This document shows, one piece after another, positions 13,035 through 24,986 of a stretch of 64,000 bases of DNA; the stretch's first letter is position 1, and every line of letters begins with the position of its first letter. The notes below the pieces were generated by a model. That model had not been told where the DNA came from. It worked only from the letters and a program-made list of their open reading frames with translations, and made no database searches. The DNA comes from Eledone cirrhosa (Eukaryota), in NCBI GenBank assembly GCA_964016885.1, contig OZ024742.1, positions 91,698,001 through 91,762,000 on the forward strand, given 5' to 3'. Made by a program: the position numbers and the translations under genes.

Positions 13035-13657
13035 TTCTTCTGGTTTTATAATTTCACAAATGTTTGCCAATACAGAGAGAGTCGGTTTCTAACATAGACA
13101 CAAGACTCTCTCATTGGAATTTATACAACATCAACTAGGTATATATGTATGCATGCATGTATGTGCAGGTATGGATGTTATTGTATGTATGGATGTGGAT
13201 GTTTTGAGTTGTATGTGTGTATGTGCATACGCTTTGTATCTGTACATGTGTATATGCAGTTATTAGATGCAAAATTTCTGGAATATTTTACATATTTTTA
13301 TTGTTCGATTAATGGATTGTAATTGTAATTTACCAACTAATTGTGTTATTTCTGTTTCTGTGAAGCCCAGCTTCTCAAGATTTGTATTGAGGCAGTTACT
13401 AACATACCCCAGTGCCCCAATAATCACAGGCATAAATCTGAAGGTATAGTCAGGGTGGAGTATCTGCAGATTTCTCATTAGTTCTGCATAAATATTCTCC
13501 CTTTAGCTAATCTTTAATATTATATTGGCATCTGCTGGGCAGCTAACTTCCACTACTCTGCATGCCTTCTTTTCCCTGTCCCTTATCATTATATCTGGTT
13601 TGTTATGCCTGCATTTTATTGGGGTCTTTACTGGAACATTCCACCAGTACTCGTTCA
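13035..13657 (-). mobile_element. R4/Dong-clade non-LTR element, 3' end (restriction-like endonuclease)
   Basis: [23 protein letters not shown]...VVEVSCPAD...Y.ELMRNLQ...PVIIGALG, a PD-(D/E)xK RLE; closely similar to 52750-53110. Confidence 0.88.
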
Positions 13658-13667
13658 TGTATGTATG

Positions 13668-13705
<38 letters not shown>

Positions 13706-13713
<8 letters not shown>

Positions 13714-14011
13714 TAGCGAAACAAACGGTTATTAAACAATTTTCTAAATAAATTAAAAAATGATTAAATAATCATCTGTTCAGATGCTGTTACCGACGGT
13801 TTCATCATTCCGAAAGATTGGAAATCCAACGAATTTCCAAGTGATTATTTAATCATTTTTTAATTTATTTAGAAAATTGTTTAATAACCGTTTGTTTCGC
13901 TACTTTTATATTGTTCTGGTATCTCGAACTAGTGCCATTGAACCACACGTATTATAAACAACTTGAATATTTCTACAAGTACATTGTACCTGTTGAAGTA
14001 TCCATCCACTT

Positions 14012-14018
<7 letters not shown>
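13706..14018. mobile_element. Fold-back pLTR-like insert in (TA)n
   Basis: 69-bp inverted arms 13706-13774 and 13842-13910; loop holds a minus-strand GAAACCGTC (HHR 3' half); one arm carries an extra tail of about 105 bp. Confidence 0.75.
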
Positions 14019-14062
<44 letters not shown>

Positions 14063-14177
14063 ATAATAATAAATTTGAAGACTAAAATCCAAAGAGGGCT
14101 CGATAAGGATAAATATATATCAAATATATCAACCGTAGAGCAAATATTTAATAAATATATATATCTCTTGTTTATTC

Positions 14178-14272
<95 letters not shown>

Positions 14273-14310
14273 CATATATATATTTATATATATATATTTA
14301 TATGTATATA

Positions 14311-14361
14311 TTCTGGAGTTTCGCCTGTTCCTCACAGAATCATCAGAGAATCTGATTGATC

Positions 14362-14363
<2 letters not shown>
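14311..14363 (-). ncRNA. Clipped hammerhead motif alone inside (TA)n
   Basis: CTGATGA-TTCTGT GAGGA ACAGGC-GAAAC TCCAGAA, cut before the cleavage triplet. Confidence 0.6.
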
Positions 14364-14401
<38 letters not shown>

Positions 14402-14560
14402 GAATAAACAAGAGAGATGAACACTAATATAAACATACATGTGTTCGAATCGTAAGGACCAACATTTGCTAGGGTGAAAAAATACTAACTACAGCAATAT
14501 AGTTTGTTATCCTTAACTTTAAATATTAATTGTAAGAGACTACCCTGAGTTCTTAACTCA

Positions 14561-14587
<27 letters not shown>

Positions 14588-14591
<4 letters not shown>

Positions 14592-15510
14592 CAGGTTTGA
14601 AGATTCACCACTGGATAGAGCTGGTCAATTCCGTATGGTCAATCTTAATGTAATAATATGGAGAGTATTCAACGTAAAGCAGTTCAACTGTCTTCGTTTT
14701 TGTAGTTGGTGGTGCTAGTACGGAGTTAAATATTATATTATAATAAAATGACAGGAGGCTGGACTTGTGTAAATCCTTGAAAGGTTTATTATACTATGAT
14801 CATTTCCATGACCGGGTTCCGTATAAATCCGGTGATATCATCAGGCATTCGAAATATAATAAATGAATGTAATAGATAAAATCCATGGGGCTGAAAATCA
14901 AAGACCGGAGGACGACCGACCATCTAGCATCTTCCACTTTAGCCGGTCGCCCTCAAGTGCTGGCTATTCGGTCTACTTGAGGCTATCTGGTGAGGTGGCT
15001 AAAGCTTATAGTGTGCTACTACCCTCCCGGTCAAAAAGAAGAAAAACAGAAAGGGAGAGGAAGATAAGTCAGCGTTAATATCATGCTACAAGAAAAAAGA
15101 CAGAAAGGAGGGGGAAGAAAAGGAAGAAGAAGAAATGTCAGCGTTAATGTCGAGCTACAAGAAGAAAGACAGAAAGAAAGAGGAAGAAAAGTCAGTACTT
15201 ATGTCAAGCTACAATCAGGCCAGGAATGGCGCGAAAAAAATTTATTCTAAAGGACCCGTATCTTAACAGAGATATATATTATAACAGAGGTCAATATAGT
15301 TGGGGTCTGCATGTTACAATGTGTGAGCAGAAGATTGGAACGTTAAATTTTTGTTTAGATTTATAGGATGAAGTTACAAAAATTTAATATTTAATATTAA
15401 CATTATAAAATTAAAGAAATTAGAAAATTGAAAATTAAATAGTTTAACATTTTTAAGGTTTTGGTTGCGAGGTTTAAGTAAAGAAGGGTCTTTTATGAAG
15501 AAACTTAAAT
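14588..15510 (-). mobile_element. Probable PLE 3' region with degenerate hammerhead (14806-14848) and an internal 3-copy repeat
   Basis: CTGATGA...GGAACCCGGTC followed by AATAAA; flanked by (TA)n; GTCAGCGTTAAT...GCTACAA repeated three times at 15040-15215. Confidence 0.5.
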
Positions 15511-15574
15511 TGTATTATATATATATATATATTATTATATATATATATATATTAGTATATATATAATAATATAA

Positions 15575-15764
15575 GGGCGGTGGATTGGCAGTATCGGTAG
15601 AGAGTCGGGCACCATGCTTTGAAGCATAGAATTACGTCCCTTTATGATCTGAGTTCAAATCCCGCGGAGGTTAACTTTGCCTTTCATCCTTACGGGGTCG
15701 ATAAAATAAAGTACCAGTAATGTACTGGCTAATTGCTGGCCTTGTGCCAAAAGTAGAAACAATT
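15575..15764 (+). mobile_element. tRNA-derived SINE (family A), full length
   Basis: A-box-like TGGCAGTATCGG, B box GAGTTCAAATCC, central GCCTTTCATCCTTACGGGGTCGATAAAATAAAGTACCAG (resembles the conserved core of Meta-type SINEs), tail AGAAACAATT. Confidence 0.9.
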
Positions 15765-15811
15765 ATATATATATATGTACACGTACACACACACACACAC
15801 ACACATATATA

Positions 15812-15889
15812 CAGGGTATCTCCCCAAAATGTATACACATGTTTATTAGAATGCTGTTGAAGTGTGTATACATTTTTTGGGACACCCTG
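15812..15889. mobile_element. Tc1/mariner-like miniature element (about 78 bp)
   Basis: TA-CAGGGTATCTCCCCAAAATGTATACACA ... TGTGTATACATTTTTTGGGACACCCTG inverted termini. Confidence 0.7.
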
Positions 15890-16492
15890 CATATATGTGT
15901 GTGTGTGTGTGTACGTGTGTGTGTGAGTATAGGTGTGTGTGTGTATATATAGATCGAGGGAAAGAGAGATACGACAGACTGTACAGTTCCCATTAATTAC
16001 ATTTCACTAACAATGCATTGGTTAACATAATAGACTATAATAGAAGACACATAGCCAAAATGTCAAGTTGTGAGAGTTAAGCCTATACCATGTAGGCGCG
16101 AATGAACGTTTGAACCACACAGCCATGCCTGCGTTTATTGGTTTATTGTATATTTTTCTGTACATTTTTTATGCGTAATTTGTGAAATATTCTGCAAAGA
16201 TGACGTCAAGTATCCTCTGTAACTAATAACGTCATATTTTGATGTCTCTCCTAATACTTAATTTTTCAGTAATTTTTTTTATTTAACATCGCACAAGTAG
16301 ATTCAAATGTTATTGATTGTTTTGAATTATTGTCAGTTGCTTGAAATAATGTAGAAAGATTCAGCTATCGACAGTTATTATTATTATTATATATACAGCA
16401 TCTGTTGGAGATGATCACTATAAAAGTCGTGGTGGGGATGACTATAGGGATAGTGTGTGTGGATGCGGCTGTGTGTGCACATGTAATGTATG

Positions 16493-16519
<27 letters not shown>

Positions 16520-16527
<8 letters not shown>

Positions 16528-16824
16528 ATACTTTGGGAGGGTCATGTTGCCAATAAGAAACACACGCACCAGTTGCTTTCACTTCAATTTATTATATATT
16601 TATAAATTTATAAATTTACAAACTTATAAATTTCTGGTTGGTTGGTTGGTTCCACAACCAGATAGTTGTTTATATATAGTCATAGTCCTTTCGTCACACA
16701 CTCTGTGACCTCTTCTGGTGCGTGTGTTTCTTATTGGCAACATGACCCTCCCAAAGTATAACAATATCGGTTTCAACACACGATTTCAGATAAAGAATCT
16801 TGCTAAACAAATTCAGAAACGAAA
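16520..16824. mobile_element. Fold-back pLTR insert of the 58.8-59.9 kb PLE family
   Basis: Perfect 53-bp arms 16520-16572 and 16715-16767; inner minus-strand HHR (GAAGAG GTCACA..TGTGAC GAAA) is cut at its CUGA; tail encodes MTLPKYNNIGFNTRFQIKNLAKQIQKR. Confidence 0.85.
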
Positions 16825-16892
16825 TATATATATATATATATAAAATAAAGTTAAATAGAAAGTCAAATATTTAAAATTTAGCTTCGTTTATT

Positions 16893-16947
16893 ACTGCTAT
16901 ATATATTTCAGTGACAACCATCTTTGGCTGTGACCTCTTCAGGCAGT
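16893..16947 (-). ncRNA. Type I hammerhead ribozyme
   Basis: ACTGC-CTGAAGA-GGTCACAGCC AAAGAT GGTTGTCACT-GAAA-TATATA-TA-GCAGT, then AATAAA. Confidence 0.8.
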
Positions 16948-17384
16948 CCGAATTGGTGTGGTATAGACAAGTACATATGTTGTTGAGGTGTATAATTTTG
17001 TCAATACTCTGATATGTCCAGTTCTTGGTTGGGTTGTTATTTCACTGAGGAAATGTTGAGTATATGTTAGTATACAACCAAAATATACTCAAAATCTCTC
17101 TCTATATATATTTATTAAAATAACAGATTAAAGTTTAAGCAAAGAATCGCTGCTTTCACCCTTAACGGGATCTTCTGAAACTAACAAAGTCAATCTGTGA
17201 ACGCAGAAGTAAAAATAAAAAAAAACGTTGCAGCCGAAGGAAGACAGGAAGACGATACTTTGGTTCATGGAAACGTTCCCGGGCAAAGCACGGAAAACAA
17301 CAAAGATAATAGGTCATTATTTGGTGCGGTGAAAACAATTAGACGCAAAGACAAAACCACATTTATGGTATAAATGAATTCGTA

Positions 17385-17710
17385 GACGGTGGTTCATTGT
17401 GGAGACTTCTGGTGTCCTTGGCCCTAGGGCTAGCTCCCCACTTACCATCATAGGTGTTGAGCTGGCTAGCCTCAGGTGTGAGCCCCACAAGGTGGAATGA
17501 CTCTTCCAGCGCATCTCCCTTACCATCCTCCGGGGAAACGCCTTCTCTATTCTGTCCGGCGGGGCGGTGGGGCGGCCAGCACGTGGGACTCCATTGTCTT
17601 ATACTAGATGAGGATGGCGAGAGAGATGGAGGCTATTACTGTGGGAGTTCGGCTCTGCTGTGTTCGAACCTGGTGTGCAGCGTCAGTTGTCCGTAAGAAG
17701 GTAATGATTC
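17385..17710 (+). mobile_element. CRE-clade non-LTR retrotransposon 3' fragment
   Basis: FIVETSGVLGPRASS...VE*LFQRISLTILRGNAFSILS matches the ET.G..G....QRIS....RGNA C-terminal signature. Confidence 0.75.
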
Positions 17711-17813
17711 AACACACATATATACACACATATATACACACGATATATATATACACACATATATACACACACATAAATACACATATATACACACACTTAC
17801 ACACACATATATA

Positions 17814-17884
<71 letters not shown>

Positions 17885-19049
17885 TAATAATTATAGAGGT
17901 TGTTGTGTCTAAAAAAAAATAAAAAAAATACCAACATAAATACCAACATAAATAAAGGTTAACTTTGCCTTTCATCCTTACGGGGTCAATAAAATAAAGT
18001 ACCAGTAATGCAGGAATAATTGCTGGCCTTGTGCTAAATGTAGAACATTATTTTCAAGGAATACGCTATTGAATGTGAGCTTTACTCACATTCAATAGCG
18101 TATGATCTAAATTTGAAGCGATTTGAGTCATTAGAACGTCAGATAAAATGCTTTGCGTTATTTGTTCCGCCTCCTATCATTCTCTGAGTCGACATTTCGC
18201 CGTGTTCAAATTTCCTCATTCAGAGGTCGATAAAACAATGTGCCACTCTAGTACTTGGATAGACTCTTCCTTTATCACCCCCTTTTTCTCTCTCTCTATC
18301 TATCACTGATTCTTTTTTTTTTATCTTTCCTTGTATGAAATTGGAGATGTGTTCCGACATGGAAAGTGGATGCGCTCCGACGAGTTTAAATGTGTTTCAT
18401 GTCACGACGGCCTCCCTGCATCTTCATTAAGTGTTACAGATTTATACACACATATAGATTAAAGAAGGAAGTTCATACAATTGTTCTATATATTTAGTTA
18501 TCTATATTTCCACTTTATTTTATGCTAAAGTTATAGATACACTCTTGTATAAATTTTCGAATTAATTTCGAAGTATGTTCTAAAGAGGGATGTGAGTAAA
18601 AAAAAATGTTATGTACCACTAGCTTGATCAGTCAACAGTTCAACATTTTTAGCCTTATCTTTTTATTTTATTTTTTATTTGTGTTTGTTTTCAGGCCTAT
18701 GTTTGTAATGGTTCATAAAATGAAGTGGAGTAGTATAGTCCATGAGCATTTTCACGGTCTTTGTGGAAAAAAATGGAAGGAAGTTATGTTCTGTTTGGAA
18801 ACAAGGCCCATGTAAAATCTCACTACCCTTCCCCGTGCACACATGGACACAAACAGACGCAACACGTATATACACAAACATATATAAATATATATATAGA
18901 GAGAGGAATTTATACATACATACGTACATATATACACTCATAGATGCGTACATAAGTACATAAAAACGTACGTACGTACATACACACACACATAGGTAGA
19001 AATACATATATACACGCGCACATACATAGATAAACACATTAATGTATTT

Positions 19050-19234
19050 GTGGATTGGCAGTATCGGTGGAGGGTCGGGCGCCATGCTTTGACGCATAGA
19101 GTTACGGCCCTTGCCATTCTGAGTTCAAATCCCGCCGAGGTTAACTTTGCCTTTCATCCTTATGGGCTCGATAAAATAAAGTACCAGTAATACACTGGGA
19201 AATTGCTGGCCTTGTGACAAAAGTAGAAACAATT
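19050..19234 (+). mobile_element. SINE family A with TSD
   Basis: Near-full copy flanked by the direct repeat ATTAATGTATTTG. Confidence 0.9.
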
Positions 19235-19320
19235 AATGTATTTGCACATCTATCTGCCCACCCAACCAAATATCCATCCATCCATAACTACATATATTCT
19301 CACATGCATACAAACACACA

Positions 19321-19387
<67 letters not shown>

Positions 19388-20452
19388 GCACACACACACA
19401 CACCATCAATCCATAAATACATGCATACATACAAAAATATACACACTCAAGCATACACACGCACGCACATATGTAGATGCATACACACCCATCTAACCAC
19501 CCCTCCTTCCAAAAATACACACACAAATATTCATACATCCATCTATATAACACATATATTAGTCATTCTACCAACAAGTGTTTTATTGTCTTGTCCTTAG
19601 TTACCAATATATTTTACTTTGAGATTTAGTTACGAATGAAAGCAAATTTGACTTCAGCGATATTTGAACATTAAGTAAAGAAATGAGATCAAATAAAAGC
19701 AAAAGCAAAGTACAATTTATGTTCCCACCCACCCCATTTCGTCATTACTTTCATCTCTTTAACCTCTTCAGTACCATATTTCCAATAAAAACACTGCCAG
19801 TGATTTTCAAATGCTCTTGAAAATGATATAGAATTTGGCGGGATTTTGTAATATAGCTTTTTTATTCTTATAAAGCTGGCGTGTGGAACATAACTTAACG
19901 AATTTGTGTATAAAAAATGATGGTGGTAATTGTTTATATCAATAAAAGAAGCAGTTTAGTATCTAAAGTGTTAAACGTGACCAATATTTGCAGGTTTAAT
20001 ACAGTATAACTTCTGTCGCATCCCTTCAATATCTACAGAGCTACGTTGTTGTTGTTGCTGTCTAACCGCAGGCCAGTCTCCGTTAGTGTTGACGATGAAC
20101 ATTCAATTGTTCGCTCACCTGAATGTGCAAGTCATTAATTGGAGTTGAATATTTCATAGACACGTACACACTAAAAGGAATTCCTCTGTGTATTCAGCGG
20201 CACACAATATATGGCAAGGTGGATCATTGCACCGCTAGCACGCATCTAATCAAAGATGATCCAGCTATGACTATTAAATCTGATATGCAGATATACTGTG
20301 TCTAGAATTATCTTATATACCCTTCCTTTTATAAATACAGTATGGCGAGCTTCAAGGGGTAGATTGCTCCTATTTCTAGCAGGACGAACAACTACGCTAA
20401 GAACTTTCACTCTGGACTGTCTTATATGTATGATGATGATGATGAGGATAAT

Positions 20453-20806
20453 AATAATGGTAACAATTTTGGGGGAGGGGAAAGTCAATTAAATTGACCC
20501 CAGTATGGATGAAAGGAAAAGTTAACCTCGTTGGGATTTGAACTCAGATGATAAAGGGTTGTAACTCTATGCTGCAAAGCATGGCGCCCGACTCTACCAA
20601 TACTGCCAATCCAATAATAATTGTTTTTACTTTTGGCACAAGGCCAGCAATTACCCTTTGCATTACTGGTACTTTTATTTTTATCGACCCCGTAAGGATG
20701 AAAGGCAAAGTTAACCTTGGCGGGATTTGAACTCAGATCATAAAGGGGCGTAACGCTTTGTTGCAAAGCATGGCGTCTGACCCTCTACCGATACTGCCAA
20801 TCCAAT
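20453..20806 (-). mobile_element. Two tandem SINE family A copies
   Basis: Two consecutive reverse copies (about 20453-20617 and 20618-20806). Confidence 0.85.
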
Positions 20807-21218
20807 GGTGGTGATAATGTTGTTATTATGAAAAAGAGTATACAAAAATACAGAATGCATACATATACATTAAATAAATTCTAGGTTGCATACACCGCAC
20901 AATTTTCATTTTTTGTTTTTGCTTTCCTCTTCTTTTCGACCCCTGATAACATCTGTAATACGAGTGCAGTTCCACCCTTGCCCCTTTCTACCAAGGTAAC
21001 AACAACAAGGTCTTCAGTATGAATCATATAAACAATAAGGTAGTTTGCAGTATTTTTCTCCGCCTCATTCCGTTTTATTTTGTCTCATTTCCTGTTGCCA
21101 CGTGTTCCTACACATGTTCGTAACAGGTCATACACTTAGGTTTACATTTATATTCGAAACATTACAATGTTTACCACTGCTTATCTTGTTACTTCTGTCA
21201 TATGCGCATGTGTGCGTG

Positions 21219-21300
<82 letters not shown>

Positions 21301-21638
21301 GATCTAGTTAATGCTGCAGCAATTATTGTTGTTACACTTAATATCCCAGTCGATGTTATTGTTGTTGTTGTTCATGTAATTACTATTAATGTTGATTTTC
21401 CATCTCTGCTGTTGTTGTGTTGTTATTTTTCTATTGTTATTGTTGTTGTATTTACTGTTATTAGTGCGGGTACTGCTGGATTTTTTTCTGCCAGTGTTGT
21501 ATGCTTTCCACCCTGCAATATAACATGAGTAACATGCAATGTTAAATATGTTATTAAGGGTTTCAAGTACAACCGTGTTATTATCGAAAACAAATACTTC
21601 CTCTATTTGTAAAATATATATATATTTATATATATATA

Positions 21639-21671
<33 letters not shown>

Positions 21672-22083
21672 CCCATTGGTGAAACCAACCGCTAGAAAGA
21701 TTTACCGACATCTGTAGGCAGGTAAATTAGTTCAAATCCGATATAATCCATATGTGCATTGCATGAATGCAACTATGAATGTCTCTATTTATGTAATCTC
21801 GCTCCCTCTCAATTCGTACATAAATATATATAAAAGCTCATAGGCATACATAACCATTTTGTTTACATCTAATTTAGTTTACAATATGCATATACAGCAG
21901 GTGCAAATATGACTGTGTGGCTAAGAAGTTCACTTCGCAATTACGTAATTCTGCATGGTACCTTGGTTGATCCTCTATTAATATATTTTTCTTCGTTGAG
22001 CTTTCAATTTCTAATGTTGTAGGAGGGGGCTCTGTCATTGAATACCGAATACCTCTCAATGTCTGATCACAGCAGATGTTTTC

Positions 22084-22123
<40 letters not shown>

Positions 22124-22506
22124 ATGTAGACGGTTTTGACTGTTATTTCCAGCGCAAATATAAGCCTATCGTATTGTCCTAATACATTAAGTGGGGTATA
22201 TTCATAAAGTAATTCAGCGTTGCAACACGTTGTTCACCATGTGGACTAGAAACCACATGGTATGCATGATATACATTCAACTTGTCCCCTTATTCCTAAG
22301 AAAGGAATTATCTCCAGATGTATGAACTGAAATTCTTCCAATATTTACTATTGCCATGTTGTTTCTTGAGATCCAGAAAGCATGGTGCGGGTATTAGATA
22401 AGTAAAAACTGAGGTATTTTAGCCGATCTAGCTTATAGATAAATATATCTTATCCTTTCATTGAGATATTGACGTATTAGAGACAGTTAACTTTATAAAT
22501 TTATAA

Positions 22507-22539
<33 letters not shown>

Positions 22540-22546
<7 letters not shown>

Positions 22547-22737
22547 GTGAGGTTTTTTTACAAAATGAAAAATAATAGAGGTGTCCTACACGAGTGAAAG
22601 TATAAAGAAAAAAAGCTGAAATCAAAAATGCAACTGGAGTCTAATTTAAAAAAATATATATATATATTTATTTGGTTCCTTTACCGGTTTCGCAGTTCTG
22701 CTTTCCAAAAAAGTTGAGTTGAGGGTCTGTGGTTTTT

Positions 22738-22740
<3 letters not shown>
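22540..22740 (-). mobile_element. About 200-bp HHR-bearing element (second copy at 39590-39795)
   Basis: Same termini as the 39.6 kb copy; GCAG..CTGC GAAAC CG GTA; microsatellite flanks. Confidence 0.75.
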
Positions 22741-22806
<66 letters not shown>

Positions 22807-22839
22807 TTATATATATATATAAATATATACATATATATA

Positions 22840-23470
22840 TATATTTGCTCTACGGTTCTTATATATTTGATATATATTTATCCTTATCGAGCCCTCTTTT
22901 GATTTTAGTCCTCTAATTTATTATTATTACTATATATATATATATAGTAATAATAATAAATTAGAGGACTATAAATGAATATAAAAGAAAGAGGACTATA
23001 ATTGAATATAAAAGAAAAACGAACACAGATATATACATATATGTGTTCAAATCGTAAGGGACCAGATTCGCTAAAGTGAAAAGAATACTAACTATAGACA
23101 ATAGGGTTTGCCAGACTCAATTTAAGAATAAATCAAGAAAATAAATACACACCAGAATTGTGGTAACTACCAATCACCCAGACATCTTTGGTAATGCTGT
23201 TTCGCAAAATTAATTGTGGAGAGGAATACCAATTCTTGTTCATCAGTAGATGAAGAATTATTATCCTAAGTATATTAACAAACTGAATAGTGTGCGTATA
23301 TATAATAACGCACATGGTATCTGGTCTTAGCGTATCTCACAATCTCACACCACTAAAAATAGCAGCCCGGTTTACTCGACATTTGAATTAGTTCAACAAA
23401 TTAACGGAGCCGAATATATCAAAGGTATATATTGAGTTAGGAACTCAAAATAGTCTCTTACAATAAAATA
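22840..23470. mobile_element. PLE-like terminal modules shared with 14059-14565, with degenerate HHR at 23190-23250 (-)
   Basis: Shared blocks GAGGGCTCGATAAGGATAAAT, GTGTTC.AATCGTAAGG and ATTGAGTTA.GAACTCA; CTGATGA...GAAAC on the minus strand. Confidence 0.55.
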
Positions 23471-24986
23471 GCTCTAGGAAAGAAATTTTTTCGAGCCGTA
23501 TATTATAATTGAATACTATCCTGTAACAAATCTGATGTCTGTAGGCATATTTTTTGCGTATGTAATCAATTTTAATAGTAACGTATAAAAACTATAGTTA
23601 TACTTGCATTAAATTATTCTTAGAGTTTCTATTATATGTTGTCCTCTGCATAGATATTTATTAGTTTAATTAATTTCGTTGGCAACGAAAGCATATTATA
23701 TAAATTAGACTGGACAGTTCTGTTCGGTCCTAGTTTGTATTTATTATAAACAACGTTTGATCACGGTTGTGTTTGTAGACAGAATGATAAGAGTAATTAT
23801 TTACTTATGAACGGCCAATTAGATGCAAAAGATTTTTAGGCAATCATTTATGTTCTCGATGTCCTAACAGAATGAAAGAATGTTTTTCCACATATGTTTA
23901 AATTGTCACGGCGAGGTTCGTAGACTGCAATTATACTGTGTTGCATATAAGTGTTCATTACATGTATGCATATTTGTTCGACGTCGATAGTCTGCAATAC
24001 AGAGTTGAGCTCAGTGGCATTTGGACTCAGTTGTAAAAAGTCGTTAATAGCATTGTGAAGGTTATTTTGTATGACCACCCAATCAATTCTATCTCAATTG
24101 CCTTAATCATAATATCAATCATTTCTAAAACAGGTATAAGTTCACACATTTGGAGAAATGATTAATCGATTAAATCGATTTCAGCAATTGACTAGCACCT
24201 TATTTTATCAAGCTTAGAAGGGTGAAAGGCAAATTTGATCTCGGTACGATTTGAAATGATAACTGCGCAATTTATTTAGTTTGGCGTTCTAGTGATTCAG
24301 TTACGAACACGTATAGGATGGTCATAGCTGGGAAGCTTTCGAGTAGAGATCTAGCCAACAATTCAAGGAAGAAACTTCCAAACACACGAATTTTAAAAAT
24401 ATATTTGAACAGATAAAGTTAATTATTAAATCAACAAATTACAGTATGTCATATAAATGAATGTTTTCAAAACATAGGTGAATATGAACTGTACTTGTAT
24501 AAATATCAGCCTGAATTTGATTTGAAGCAGAAATTGAGAGGTAGACTGAACTGATGTGTGCCAATGAATATTCAGTTTGTCTAATCGTTTCTAATGGAAT
24601 AGGACGCCAGGTATATTGTTACTGTTTAAATATATTCAGTAGATTATATAACCCCCTGTAAGAACAGATATAATGATGGATGTTCCAACGTGAATTAATG
24701 TGTAAATATTTGAGTATTCTTCAGCTGAATTAAAGTGACATATATGACAATGATAGACCTTTCAATAATGGGTACAATCTATCCGACAGGATTCTACAGA
24801 CAATCTGCCTGCCAAATTTCAGACTATGTTAAAGAAACTTGCTCAAGATGCCTCACAGTAGGATCGAACTCAGGACATCATGATTGCCGAGTCTGCTGCC
24901 AGGGATATAATGTAATCGAAATAATTAACAATGTCTCTTCGCACAAAAGATGTGTCCTTGGCGCTCTTATTTAAGAAATTAAGAAT

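Noticed and set aside
15575-15670. Possible tRNA gene
   Set aside because: A and B boxes belong to a SINE head; no acceptor stem closure and it continues into the SINE body.
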